From Cyanidioschyzon merolae (taxonomy: Eukaryota), in the NCBI GenBank assembly GCA_000091205.1, contig AP006501.2: a DNA stretch of 64,000 bases, one strand, 5' to 3'. Made by a program: the position numbers and the translations under genes. How positions within the stretch are numbered: the stretch's first letter is position 1; each line of letters opens with the position of its first letter. Below the pieces are notes generated by a model. That model did not search any database and was not told the DNA's origin. It was given only the letters and a program-made list of their open reading frames with translations. Shown here piece by piece: positions 8,641 to 20,878 of this stretch.

Positions 8641-11616
8641 GACATGCCGGGAGTCCACTGCGACCAGGGCGACGCCCAGACGCAGCCTAACTGCTGCTCC
8701 TAGTCCCAGAGTCGACTGCGTTGCGGACGAGGTGTTCAGGTCGCACCACTGCACTAGGCACAGGTAAGGGCGTGAAGCACTAGTCTTGCAGACTCGTTCG
8801 GATTGCGGGACGTTTCGCCCTGAAGGCAAACTTTCGAAAGTATGGAAACCTTTTCGCCCTTTTAACGGCTACCGTGGAATGGGACAGGAATCGTTACATC
8901 GTTTCTCGTGAATCGTTCGTCTCTTTCCTTTTTTTCTCCGAATAGCGCGGTCGATAAGCACACCTGCGAGATCACGCAGTCACGAGAGACGACGCGCATG
9001 TCGCCGATGAAGGGAAACGCGTTTCTAACTATGCTCTGACCTATTGCCCTACCGTACATGTTGTATTCGAATTACAGGCGTAGCGGAGTACAGTTTTTTG
9101 AGTTCAATCGCGTTTGAAACGTCAAGTAAGCATATTCAAGTGATGCTGTGCGGTGTATAGGAGAAGCGTTCAATGTGCGTTCTTTCGCAGAAAAAATTCT
9201 AAAAAAGGAAAGTTATGAGAAAGCAAGTCGACGATCGCGGAGGCGCAGTGTCGCCGGCTGCCAGAAAAAGAACGAAAAACGGTGCCGAGCCCAGGAGCAC
9301 AGGCAAAGACGATGAAGCAGAAGCGGGAGGCCCTACGTCAAAGGCCGCGGGAAAGACAACAGTACGACGAGACGGTGGTGAAAGCGTACCTTCGTAAACA
9401 TATCAAGGATGCCTACAAGGAAAAGTTGCGAGAGGCCATCAGAAACCGTGTCGAGTCGTACTCCACGAGTACGAAGAAGGCTTCGTCAGGACTGATGCAT
9501 ATGATGAACGAGATGCACGACAACGCGACGGACACCAGAACAGTCGAGGTTCCGGGGGAATTTTTCAACAAGACCTTTGCTCGTCACCTGATGGTCGGCA
9601 CAGGGGAGCCGTCGACAAACAATGAGCGAGTGCACGCCTTCCACGAAAACTTCGCGGGATTCGGCTTCGAAGGTGCATCGATACAAGGGTTACGGGGATA
9701 TTCACATCTACGGGCCGATCGAGTACCTCGCGAACCTGAGGAACCATTTGACCATGAACCTCGAAGGTTTCATGATAAGCGCCGTGTTTGCGCTCTACCG
9801 GGGCCTCTCTCGCGGGGAAGAGATGGGCCATCTTCGCTGCCATCACCAACGATCGTCAGCATGAACAGGCAATAGAATTTGTCGACAAGATGACATCACG
9901 CAGGAGCATGAATGAAGCATATGTGATCGGTGCAGCTATTCAAGAGCGTCGTGGTGACACGGAGGTAGGGGGTTGGATAGATACTTCACCTCGCACTGAA
10001 AAAATATCACAAAAAGTAAGGAAAGTAAAATGCGCATAATCGGAGAACGCTGGCCCAAGTAAACGTTTTGTCCATGGAAAAAAAGAGCATCGTGAAGTCT
10101 TGGGGCTGGCCAACCCGACAGAAGACGTGTCAGATATGAAAAAAGTGAGAAAAGATGGTACCCCCGCATCCTGCGCTACTTCGTGTGTCTGGACCGAGAA
10201 CTCGAACGCAAGGCGGAGATGGTGCTGGGTGTGTGGAAAAATGAAGAGTCGCGGAGACGGAACGCTTTCCCAATGGGGAAGTGCTTCAACGTGGTTCCAA
10301 TGAGCAACATCAAGTCACATTTTGTGACTATCGACCAAGGCGTCCACTACGGCAACATGAGTGAGATCAGTCCGGTGTTCGGTGTCAGCAGGGAGGAGTT
10401 CACCGGTGAAAATCGGGAGACGTACCGGAAGAGTCTCTTCGGTTTCAAACGTCTCAAAGTGAGCAAGCAGAAGGTATTCACGGGGATGATCGGAACCGAT
10501 GGCGTAGCCACGTGTGTACGCTATCGGAGGTTTGAAGGCGGATTGTCCAGTTCGGCCTTCGATATCGCCCGTGACGAAGCATGAAGAAAACAGGGAGGAG
10601 GATCCTGCCACACAGAAAGTGCAGGATAACGACTTTGTCGTTGACGCGACGAAGCGTGAAGATGAGATGGAGGCGGGTCCTGCTACGCAGAAAGTGCAGG
10701 ATAACGACTTTGTCGTTAGTGCGGATCCCGGGAACACAAATATCATAACCATCGCAGTACCCAAGCGTGCGGAAGATGGTATCAACGGCAACCTACGTCA
10801 GACGGCCCTGCGAGTTTTAAGGTTCTCGTGAGCGGGATGCTATCGAGAATCCGGTATGATCAATGCGAGGAAGAAAATTGAGACACGGAATGCAGGAATG
10901 AAGGATCACCTGGAAGCTTTGCGCGGAGTAACGAGCAGAGGAGCAGGCTTTGAAGCTTTTCCGATATTCATGGAAGGTCGCGTTGCTCATTGGGATGCGC
11001 TGCTGGAGGAGTATACAAAGCCCCGGTGGGCTCGTCTGCGTATGAATCTGTACGGTGGTAAGCAGCGGGCATTCGCCAAATTTTTCAGTCAGTTGAGTGC
11101 CTTGAAGGAGGACGAGAGCCAGAGGCTGGTAGTGGCATACGGAGCAGGGCGTCCACAAAAGGGTGCACACCAGCTCCGTCGACGAGAACGTACAAAGCGT
11201 GTGCACGGCGCTTTGTAATGATACCGATTGATGAGCTCCGAACGTCCTATACACACCACGAACTGGGGTGCACACTTGAGACGGTCGACATGGAAAAGTG
11301 CCAGCGGAGTCCTGAAGATATGAAAAAGTATGGAGCGCTAACGGAGGAGCAAATGGACAGGAGGGCGAAAGTTCGTGGACTACTCGCATTAGTAAGTACA
11401 ATCAATGGCAAGAAACGCATGGAAATTGTTAACCGCGACTTTAACGCGGCTACCAATATAAGGAGGTGCGCGGTGATGGAGAGAAGACCTCCGTACTTGA
11501 CAAGAGGGAATTTTGTAGGGAAACCTCTCGAGGTGGAATTATACGAGAAAAAGTTGAAACCGGTAGTAGGTGGCCGGTCCAAAAACACTGGGATGCGTCG
11601 ACAAGTCTGTAGAAGA
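8287..11616 (+). mobile_element. Fanzor/TnpB-like (OMEGA RuvC nuclease) element, copy 1. Contains a 5' structured ~350-bp module and a frame-disrupted ~800-aa Fanzor-like gene
   Basis: About 99% identical to 38985-42308. Encodes RuvC-I-like [16 protein letters not shown], a TnpB-like DELRTSYTHHELGC (vdp.YTSq.C) and the RuvC-III signature NRDFNAATNIRRCAV. All family copies share a 3' terminus about 20 nt after the GGRSKK codons. Confidence 0.65.
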
Positions 11617-11628
11617 CTTTTCGTCTAG
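9215..11628 (+). pseudogene. Fanzor1-like TnpB-family nuclease gene, copy 1. It is frame-disrupted, with an extra in-frame TGA near 10829 that is absent in copy 2
   Basis: Consecutive ORFs 9215-9397, 9282-9875, 10183-10584, 10514-10831, 10856-11218 and 11218-11628 sit in different frames. N-terminus is K/R-rich and NLS-like (KRTKNGAEPRSTGKDD). RuvC-I is near 10709 and RuvC-III NRDFNAATNI near 11430. Confidence 0.55.
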
Positions 11629-12118
11629 GGCGCCGGTCACCACTACTTTGCACTACCGACCACAGCGTTTTTCTTTAGAAAGGCGTTTTTTGTCGGCGAT
11701 GTGAGGATTCTTTTACATGCTTAAAGTACTGCGTCAACCAGATCGAGTCCGTGTCTCGAGCTGAGCACTTCCGGTAGCGTCTGGTCGTCGGCCATTTGGG
11801 AGCACGCGCCCTAGACGAGCATCGTGTGTGTGGCATTACCTGTGTGGACCAGGTTTGTCAAGGGAAACAATTTCACGCTGAGTTCCAAAAGTTCGGTCCT
11901 TGTGTATTTTTGCTTGCCAGGAGCACAGGTCACCAGCAAGGAAGTTCGTGATCAGATACTGCCAAGATCCGACGAGTCGTGTAGCATCGTCCCGGAGATG
12001 TTAGGGCAGGCCCCCGAGCTACCACTCGCAAGCCACGCATTCGCCTCGCAGGTACGTGAATCATCGACAAGAAGCCGGATTCAATGGCACATCCTGAACA
12101 TCTCAGCAAATCGTGATC

Positions 12119-13669
12119 TCATTCCTGATCGTCGACGGGCTCGGTCTCAGAGGAATCGTGCAGGCGCTCATCCTGATCTGGTGAATGTGCCCTTTCGTGG
12201 CGATCCGTCCATCGACTCCGAGGCGAGGCAGCTCGTCGTGATGCCAAATCAACGCGCTGTCGAGTTGTAGCGTTGCTGTTCTCTGGGCGAGGTCTCAGTG
12301 CTGCCTGGGTGCCTTCCCCGGGGCGTCCTTCGGGCGAGCGGAAGCGCCGCCAATCCTCTTGCTGGAAACGGCCTTCTCGTCCAGCGGACTTGTCCAGGAA
12401 CGGTCGACGGGGGTCTGCTGCATCGCGTTGGACAGTTCCACGAGCGTAACCGATACTGATTTCCTGCCCCATGATGCAGGTGCCTTGGAGTTGATTAAGC
12501 GCTACCCGAGCATCTGCCTTGGAGGTAAAGCGAACGAAACCGTAGCCCAAGGAGTGGCCCCGTTGCCGATCACGTATAATGCGACAGCTCAACAGATCTC
12601 CATAGGGTGAAAACGCCGCAATGAGGTCGCTTTCCGTTACCATCGGAGCGAGATTCCCCACGTACAACATGACATCGATGTACGCATTGCCTGCGGAAAA
12701 GGTATCCGCGTCAGCTTTCGTCGCCCTCGCTGCCTCCGCGGCAAGTGCATCCGCGATCACTTTGCGAACAGGCTTTAGTCGTGCTTCAGCGCGTGCAGTC
12801 GCTTCAATGCGGGGAAGCGGTCTCACTCCCATGGTCGGCCGATCCGATACCAAAGTGTCTGCGGAAATGAGATCCATTGCGGATGCTACGAACTCGTGCA
12901 GGCACTGGGTGCACCGGCAGATGCGTGCGGTCTCAAAGAGAGACGCCTCAACCTGATAGCACATCGCGCACTCTGGGCACTGGAGATACACTGCATCCGG
13001 ATCGAGAAGCGGGCCTACATACTCATCCGCATCTTCGGTCTTAGACTCGGGCGAATCCAGTGACGGATCCGTATTCGATGTAGCAGCAGAAGCAGAAGCA
13101 GAAACCGGCGGCTGTATCGGATCTGTTTCTTGAGCGGGGACCTCTTCGTAAACCGGCTGAGATGCAGATTCGGGCGTACTGCTTTGCTCGGCGTAATGGG
13201 GCGCATCCGGTGGACTGTCCGTAAGCGCTTGGCTCGAATTTGCAGCGGTGGTGGGGAAAGACGCATGCGGCCCAGCAGATCCATGTATAGTTGCGGATTC
13301 GTCTTGCGGAGGGGCATTCGGGTACCGCGCTGGTGCTGCCGAAGGCCTCCATAACTGGTCGAGTTCGCTTCCAATCCATTCGCCGTCATCCTCATCATAA
13401 AAGGCGCGATTTTTGGTGCCTTTCATTCGCATCATCGGCTCAAGAGGAGTGATCCGCGGGAGCGATTTTCGCGCAGCACTCGTCGATCGGTGGCAGTGTA
13501 CAGTTCTGTGGAGCGCTCGCCAGTTAGCGGCTTGTGCGCTCGGTTTCAGAGCGTGCTGCTGCTGCTGCTGCCGCACGAGCAGCGGAAACCCAAAGCCAAG
13601 CATGCGCGAGCTGGCGGCTCCGTGCGAGAACCATACGGGCGTTGGGGCCATGCATTTCACGCGACCCAT
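12119..13669 (-). CDS. RNA-binding protein with a C-terminal RRM plus a CxxC..CxxC zinc-finger-like motif and an RD/RS-rich tail
   Basis: RRM: MLYVGNLAPMVTESDLIAAFSPYGDLLSCRIIRDRQRGHSLGYGFVRFTSKADARVALNQL. Zinc-finger-like: CPECAMCYQ..CRCTQC. The ORF starts with GTG; the first ATG is at 13669, and later Mets are also possible starts. Confidence 0.55.
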   Translation of the reverse strand: MGRVKCMAPTPVWFSHGAASSRMLGFGFPLLVRQQQQQHALKPSAQAANWRALHRTVHCHRSTSAARKSLPRITPLEPMMRMKGTKNRAFYDEDDGEWIGSELDQLWRPSAAPARYPNAPPQDESATIHGSAGPHASFPTTAANSSQALTDSPPDAPHYAEQSSTPESASQPVYEEVPAQETDPIQPPVSASASAATSNTDPSLDSPESKTEDADEYVGPLLDPDAVYLQCPECAMCYQVEASLFETARICRCTQCLHEFVASAMDLISADTLVSDRPTMGVRPLPRIEATARAEARLKPVRKVIADALAAEAARATKADADTFSAGNAYIDVMLYVGNLAPMVTESDLIAAFSPYGDLLSCRIIRDRQRGHSLGYGFVRFTSKADARVALNQLQGTCIMGQEISIGYARGTVQRDAADPRRPFLDKSAGREGRFQQEDWRRFRSPEGRPGEGTQAALRPRPENSNATTRQRVDLASRRAASPRSRWTDRHERAHSPDQDERLHDSSETEPVDDQE

Positions 13670-14323
13670 GGTATATGCTGAAGAGGCAGTACGAAAAGAT
13701 GCTCCTTGCTCTCGCAAAGAATGCTGCTGACGTCGCTGAATACGCTTCCCCACGCTACGGTAACGGCCGTGAAGAGCTCCGGCCGGTGATCGGTCCCGCC
13801 GTCCAAGGAAATGGAGAGACGACGACCTGCAACAACAGGCTCTGTTGAACAGCGTCAGTGTTTGTGTTTGCGGAGGCTCCACTGCGGCCCAAGAGGGGGT
13901 CGTCGTCTCTCTCGCTCGTCGCTCGGAACTACGCCGTCGACTCGCTTGGGTCAGGCAACGGCACCAAACTGTGATTTCGGCACCAGATCCTTACGGGTGC
14001 AAAGTCTCCGTCGACGCCCACGACACCGTTCCACAGCCTGAAGCGTTTGAAACGCTTTGGAGTCCGCCCAACACCAGCTGCGCTAGGAACTGGTGAGACT
14101 CGGCTTCGCGCCCAGTGCAGCGACGCCCTTCGCCCCTCGGTGACACCGTTTGCGCTCAGTAGCGACGGCACAGAGCACCGACTGTTGTTCCAAGCAAGAG
14201 CAGAGCGATACTCGTTGACAGCGGAGACTCCTAGTAGCGCCGGTCGCCTATCGCTCCAAAGTTTCCTCAGGGGCTACCCGAGCAAGGCAACGGGACGGCG
14301 TGCTGACAAAACGCAGATGTTGT

Positions 14324-15675
14324 CCGCGTAGAATGAAACTGGAACAATGTTCCGCTCGCTCTGCACTCGTCTTGCGATTTGATTCGCAAAAGTTCTTGGA
14401 TGCACAGCATCGATACGCCAAGTGCAGCAACAACGGCTTACGGACTCAAACGTAGTTTTCGGGATTCTCGGTCGGGCGTTTTTCTCTCGGAGTGACCTGT
14501 TCGTCGTCCATTCACCGCTGGAATGCGTTCCGTCGCCAGATTCATGTTGAGTCGCGCCACCCTCGAACCAGCGTCCCTGGCATAACCTATTTTATGATCG
14601 AATGCATTGGGGCAAGCATCCATTCTTCTGATTTTTTCAAGTATGGGATGCTCAAATCGCGCATTCCTCAATATGTCGTATCTCTATGTTTCGGGGCCAT
14701 TGGTGGATGCAGCGATTCGCGGCCCCGGATTCACGACGGCTCAAGAGACGCGATGTCGTCTCCTGGACGCTTGTGCACCAGCTGATGCCCAGAGTTCGCC
14801 GCAATGGTCTCAGGTCAAACGATCGCTTCCGTTCGAAGCACGAGTCCGCCGCTCTGCACGGCTATCGACGAAACATCGTCCGGCAGCAACACGAGCCTCT
14901 CACGGGATATGCATTCGAAGGCTCCCATCGCTTTCATTTGCATGAACAGCGGTCTTGGACTCGGAGTCGAGACGTCGCAGGAATCGCGGCCAGTGGAGCG
15001 CTCGGTACCGTACGGCACGAGCGGGACGTTGACGGATCCAAGGCGTTTTGGCCTGCTTGCCGGCCTGGACTTGACGCTTACGGTACTTGTTGCACGGTGG
15101 ACGGCATCGCGTTCCCTAAACCCTCCTTCGGATGGAACGCGCTGCACTTGCGCGTGCAGCGCACACCGTACTCGCCGATGCGATCTGCCCTGACTAGCGC
15201 CCGTGATCGTAGCGTACGGCACCGGGCGCGGAAACGGCGGAGCGCATACAGGGGATCCCGCGGTACCCGTCAAGACCGTGTATCGAGCGATGAAGCGCGC
15301 CTTCAGATGACGCAGTGCAGGGTGTGGCGGAGAACGTGCCGCGCGCACACAGGAACTCGTGATACGAGTCAGGAGTCACGGCTGCACCCCAGGAAGGCTC
15401 GTGAATCGCAACTTGCGCCTGTACATGAAGTGCGTCGACGATACCGGGGAGCTGCGAAATCGGGACGTGCACGTTGGCCTCAACATCGTTCAACAGCTGA
15501 CGTCGGAGCTGGATGTGCGGGAGGTACCGGCGTTTATCACTCTGCAGGGAATTCGGAGAAAAGAAAGAGGCAGGCACAGAAAGCGCACGACGACGACGCA
15601 TGGATACGTAGCAATCGGAAGAATCGGGAAAGATAGGTTGTGGGCGCGAGATTCACCTCGTGGACCTGTCAAGAT
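14324..15675 (+). repeat. 1.35-kb inverted-repeat arm A (partner 19528-20878)
   Basis: Coordinates map as x to 35202-x with near-perfect identity. ORF pairs 14686-15636 and 19566-20516, and 14438-14671 and 20531-20764, are identical. Identity breaks sharply at both ends. Confidence 0.85.
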
Positions 15676-15954
15676 ACATACTAGATTGGGTACTCTTGCA
15701 TGATCCTGAACGCGACAGCGCGGGTGGCGTCGCCGGTGATTGCCCACATCTGGAGGTCGCCGCGGCCGCTGCGGCGGCGTGCAGCCTTCCGCCCGCTTCC
15801 GGGCGAAGCGCGACGACGCCCCGACGTCCAAGAATGATGACGGAACGAGGCATCGCCGCAGTTTCGTGCATAGCGGACAAAAGTTTTCGCCATTGTGCAC
15901 TATTTCGGAACGGGCTGGAGCGCTTACGATAAAAGTATCGATCAGGTGATATCC

Positions 15955-16776
15955 ATGTTCGTTCAGGGTAGCATTCTGCGACACAGTTGCACGCTCGGAA
16001 AACGGAACTCGAGCTTCGCTGGTGGTGTTGCGGTAAGCACGGCGGCGCCAACCGCAGGGCTCGCCGCTGCCCGGACGCTGCGGTTGCGGACGCGTGGCTT
16101 CCGGTCGCTTGTTGCCGTGCATCAAGCAACGAGTGGCACGCACTCTATCAATTCATATACGACGGGCGGCCCAGTCCAGGCGCTCGGGCGATATGTACTT
16201 GTTCGACTGGACCGCAAGGAGACACAAACCGTTGGTGGTATCGTGCTGGCGGAGAGCGCACAGGAGAAGCCTTCTCGGGGCACAGTGGTGTCTGTTGGCG
16301 GTGGTGCTTGGCACCCGAACGCACCAGTCAAAATGCCTATGGCTGTCAAGCCGGGTGATGTTGTGCTCTTTGGAAAATATGGAGGAACCGAGGTAAAAAT
16401 GGACGACGAGGATCACGTCTTTGTCTCGATGGATGACATCCTCGGTGTATATGATGGAGGCAAAGTCGACGACCCGCAGGCTTTGAAACCTGTGTTCGAT
16501 CGCGTGCTCGTTCAAATGGAGAAGAAAACCGAGAGGCGGAGTGCAAGTGGTATTATCGTTGCACCCACAGCGAGCGTTGATGAGGACGCCAAGGCCGGCC
16601 GAGTCGTCGCTGTTGGCCCGGGTCGTTTTATGGTGAACGGCGAGTATGAGCCAGTGCCCGTCCAAGTCGGTGAGTGGGTCATGTTTCGCAAGTACAGCGG
16701 CTCGGAGGTGAAGTTTGGCGACCAGGAATACAACGTTGTGCGGATTGCAGATCTGCTGGCCAAATGGAAAGCGTAG
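15955..16776 (+). CDS. CPN20: plastid co-chaperonin Cpn20 (tandem double GroES/Cpn10 domains) with a transit-peptide-like N-terminus
   Basis: Two GroES domains: YVLVRLDRKETQTVGGIVLAESAQEKPSRGTVVSVG... and FDRVLVQMEKKTERRSASGIIVAPTASVDEDAKAGRVVAVGPG.... The ORF opens with GTG, so the first ATG (MFVQGSILRHS) was used. The N-terminus is S/T/A/R-rich. Confidence 0.8.
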   Translation: MFVQGSILRHSCTLGKRNSSFAGGVAVSTAAPTAGLAAARTLRLRTRGFRSLVAVHQATSGTHSINSYTTGGPVQALGRYVLVRLDRKETQTVGGIVLAESAQEKPSRGTVVSVGGGAWHPNAPVKMPMAVKPGDVVLFGKYGGTEVKMDDEDHVFVSMDDILGVYDGGKVDDPQALKPVFDRVLVQMEKKTERRSASGIIVAPTASVDEDAKAGRVVAVGPGRFMVNGEYEPVPVQVGEWVMFRKYSGSEVKFGDQEYNVVRIADLLAKWKA

Positions 16777-17304
16777 AGCAGGTATTGACTTGCCGATGAA
16801 GAATGCGCCCTTAGGAAATTGAGTGCACGCCCACCTATCCAAGAACTTAGCCGTGACCGATGCGGCCTTTGGAAAATCTCACGTAAAGCTGGATGTCCGG
16901 TTCAGGCTCTACGCAGGAGCGAGCTGCGCATTCCTGTGAGGTGCTGCACGCCCGTACGGAGACTCCGGTCGGCGGACTTGCCGTCGCTGGTGCATACAGG
17001 GAGCCGCTTTATCTGTTTTAAAAATGCGGTGCAGCATGGTCTGGTCCGGTCTAGAGCAGGGCGCTCCTCGGTTAGAAGCGTCTCCTCGTCCGCGCACAGG
17101 ACGGCGCTGGCGAACCGTTACCGTAGCAGCAAGTCGGCCGCAGTGCCTCACCAGACCAGTGTCCCCCACGACTGACCGAGACGCAGTCGGTGCTTTCGTC
17201 AAAAAAGCTGCGGACAGGCATTGCCTATCAAGCAGATAATCCAAAGGTTTCCGCAGCTGCATCGGATGCGCAACTGAATCAGCATACTTTCTCTATCTTA
17301 TGAT

Positions 17305-18114
17305 TCAGATTCCAACAACCGGTGCATCTGCCTGCGCAGTCTCCGCCTGGAGTGAGGCGGCCCCGCTGATCGCCGCGCCCTGCTCGAGACGAACGCCAGT
17401 ATCTTCGGGAGCATCGCCATGCACTTCCATGAGCTTGGTCAGGTCAAACTTCGGAGCTCGAATCAGTTTGCATTTGCGAATGTATACGTTTTGTAAGGGA
17501 TAAATGTTTTTGCATGCCTTTTCGATCTCCTTCCCAATAGCCTCTGGAATGATATTGGCAACGAAATCTCGTAGAGTGCCCTTCGATGTCTCTTGGACCA
17601 TGATATCCACCATCTTCTTCCGGATGGCGCGCTCCTGTGACTTTTTGCAGTAGCTTGTTTTTCGAATCTGCCCCTGCCGCCGCTTTGTGAAACCAATACA
17701 GAACAGACGCAAAACGTAGTCATCCAAGGTCTTCACATCGACATGAGCTTCGATGGTGGTCTGCCACTTTCGCATCATCGAAGACAGCTTATCGCGCGTA
17801 AAGTCGAAACCATAGAACTGTGTCAAGCAGTTCCGTCCCTGAACATCCTCGCAACGAAGCTTGATCTTGCGATATGCGAGGTCTTCATCTTTCTGCAGGT
17901 CCGCCAGTGAGATCTCGAAGACACGTCCTTTGAGTGACTCCGATGCTATTCGAGTGCCAGAGGTTTTCGACACGATTGTCTTTCCCGCCTGTCGGACAGA
18001 AAAGTAGGAGGGCGCCTTCACGTCATACCACTCCTTGCGGGAGTAGGGATCCAATATCTTTTTCTTGCTTCCCTTCTTTCCCTTGGAGAGACGCTTGTTC
18101 TTGCCCTGGGCCAT
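17305..18114 (-). CDS. RPS3A: 40S ribosomal protein S3a (eS1)
   Basis: [38 protein letters not shown]... is the canonical eS1 N-terminus. 269 aa with a real ATG. Confidence 0.9.
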   Translation of the reverse strand: MAQGKNKRLSKGKKGSKKKILDPYSRKEWYDVKAPSYFSVRQAGKTIVSKTSGTRIASESLKGRVFEISLADLQKDEDLAYRKIKLRCEDVQGRNCLTQFYGFDFTRDKLSSMMRKWQTTIEAHVDVKTLDDYVLRLFCIGFTKRRQGQIRKTSYCKKSQERAIRKKMVDIMVQETSKGTLRDFVANIIPEAIGKEIEKACKNIYPLQNVYIRKCKLIRAPKFDLTKLMEVHGDAPEDTGVRLEQGAAISGAASLQAETAQADAPVVGI

Positions 18115-18699
18115 GGTGTTCGCTTATTGCCTCTGAGCGAGTAGTGATTCGTTCCGTTAACAACACAGCGTTGCCGCGGACACAACGCTCGATCGTTGGT
18201 CTATCCAGAAAGAGGAGATCCGCCAGCCTGCAGCGAAGCGATGTTTCCTCCTGTCGTGTGCAAACACTCTGAAGCGCAACTCGTGGACGATTGGAGACCG
18301 GCGCGAATGCGACGCTGCGGACGGCACGACGAGGCGGTGTGTCCATTTATTACCATCTCGTACCATCTTTTCCTTTTATGGACTTATTTGGATCAGATGG
18401 AATCGTCCTGCACGACGAGGTGTCGTGTCCTTTGATTGCAAGTTTATCTGATTTGTTTCGTTCATTACAAAGATGTAAAAGATATCTTTCGTAGTCCCTG
18501 CATGTGCGTTCCGCTTATGCGTGTGTGACACCAAATTCATGCCGACCTGTGAGCTCAGATCGCGCACTCGATACCCGTGGTTGGGAAGGTGTCCATGATT
18601 CTAAGCCCCGCCTCCATGTTCGATGACCTACACTTCTCCTCGGCGACACTAACTGTTTCGTATGCTCCATTGTACGCCGGGCCTTCACGAAGCGGTCTC

Positions 18700-18790
18700 A
18701 TGAGCGCCTAACAGCGCCTGTGCGGAGGTTGCTCGGAGACAGAACGGCTCTGCCGCACGACCGGGGAGGCCGGCTCGAGCATACATGTTT
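18700..18790 (+). repeat. partial, diverged copy of the conserved structured module core
   Basis: ggagacagaacggctctgccgcacgaccggggaggccggctcgagcatacatg aligns to the module core ttagagacagaacggctttgccgtaccactgggggcttcggctcgagatgtggtg. Confidence 0.4.
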
Positions 18791-19527
18791 CATGAATGGC
18801 TCATTCGGATCCGCATTCGTCGCTGCGATTGCCCATGAAGAGCTGCGCTGCGCTTGGTGACTGATTTCTATGCACTCTCTCCGCAAACTGAAGAAAACAC
18901 GCCTGCAAGGTTGCAGTGACGGTGTCGCATTGATAAATAGCATACATTCTACTTTGCACCCGTCAAGCCGTCACAACGCAGATGATGCCGTACCGGACAC
19001 CTGAGGTCACTGGCATCAGGACGCATAAGGAGCGTGTAGCTAATCTCAGCGCGCTATGCGCAACCGCGCGGCTCGCCAAGAGAGCACCAACGCTGCACGA
19101 ATCGGGAAGATGCGGCACGCGGGTACACATGCACGTGGCATCGCGATGACTCTGTCCGCGAGTGGACAGATCGAGTATGGGGAGACATGCCCCGCCATCG
19201 CACCTAATGCAAGGCCTGTATTAGGGATCAATACCCATTTCTGCGCCCGTGGAAGCATGTGCATATTGTCCAGGGCGTTTCTGTAAAAGCTCTGAGAGCG
19301 CACAATTGTGCAACCATCCTGTACATGAAGTCACCAGTCAATAAGTCCCAGTACGAAGTATCGACCGAGACTCGAACTGTGCAGGATCGTACATGCTATT
19401 GGCGTGTTCGTCCTCGTTTTTCGTGCGGCAGAGCCGTGGAACTTGCCTCACGAGTATTCACGCTGCCAGGTACATCATATCTGCGAGGGTTCCAGTCAAG
19501 CCCAGCCTACATCTATGCCGGGATCAA

Positions 19528-20878
19528 TCTTGACAGGTCCACGAGGTGAATCTCGCGCCCACAACCTATCTTTCCCGATTCTTCCGATTGCTACGTATCC
19601 ATGCGTCGTCGTCGTGCGCTTTCTGTGCCTGCCTCTTTCTTTTCTCCGAATTCCCTGCAGAGTGATAAACGCCGGTACCTCCCGCACATCCAGCTCCGAC
19701 GTCAGCTGTTGAACGATGTTGAGGCCAACGTGCACGTCCCGATTTCGCAGCTCCCCGGTATCGTCGACGCACTTCATGTGCAGGCGCAAGTTGCGATTCA
19801 CGAGCCTTCCTGGGGTGCAGCCGTGACTCCTGACTCGTATCACGAGTTCCTGTGTGCGCGCGGCACGTTCTCCGCCACACCCTGCACTGCGTCATCTGAA
19901 GGCGCGCTTCATCGCTCGATACACGGTCTTGACGGGTACCGCGGGATCCCCTGTATGCGCTCCGCCGTTTCCGCGCCCGGTGCCGTACGCTACGATCACG
20001 GGCGCTAGTCAGGGCAGATCGCATCGGCGAGTACGGTGTGCGCTGCACGCGCAAGTGCAGCGCGTTCCATCCGAAGGAGGGTTTAGGGAACGCGATGCCG
20101 TCCACCGTGCAACAAGTACCGTAAGCGTCAAGTCCAGGCCGGCAAGCAGGCCAAAACGCCTTGGATCCGTCAACGTCCCGCTCGTGCCGTACGGTACCGA
20201 GCGCTCCACTGGCCGCGATTCCTGCGACGTCTCGACTCCGAGTCCAAGACCGCTGTTCATGCAAATGAAAGCGATGGGAGCCTTCGAATGCATATCCCGT
20301 GAGAGGCTCGTGTTGCTGCCGGACGATGTTTCGTCGATAGCCGTGCAGAGCGGCGGACTCGTGCTTCGAACGGAAGCGATCGTTTGACCTGAGACCATTG
20401 CGGCGAACTCTGGGCATCAGCTGGTGCACAAGCGTCCAGGAGACGACATCGCGTCTCTTGAGCCGTCGTGAATCCGGGGGCGCGAATCGCTGCATCCACC
20501 AATGGCCCCGAAACATAGAGATCCGACATATTGAGGAATGCGCGATTTGAGCATCCCATACTTGAAAAAATCAGAAGAATGGATGCTTGCCCCAATGCAT
20601 TCGATCATAAAATAGGTTATGCCAGGGACGCTGGTTCGAGGGTGGCGCGACTCAACATGAATCTGGCGACGGAACGCATTCCAGCGGTGAATGGACGACG
20701 AACAGGTCACTCCGAGAGAAAAACGCCCGACCGAGAATCCCGAAAACTACGTTTGAGTCCGTAAGTTGTTGTTGCTGCACTTGGCGTATCGATGCTGTGC
20801 ATCCAAGAACTTTTGCGAATCAAATCGCAAGACGAGTGCAGAGCGAGCGGAACATTGTTCCAGTTTCATTCTACGCGG
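19528..20878 (-). repeat. 1.35-kb inverted-repeat arm B (partner 14324-15675)
   Basis: Reverse complement of arm A. The spacer 15676-19527 carries the Cpn20 and RPS3a genes. Confidence 0.85.

Noticed and set aside
14686-15636. 316-aa Arg-rich ORF (and its twin 19566-20516) inside the inverted-repeat arms
   Set aside because: Overlapped by ORFs in several other frames and strands. Composition is typical of random translation of GC-rich DNA, and no domain is recognisable. The pairing is explained by the inverted repeat itself.
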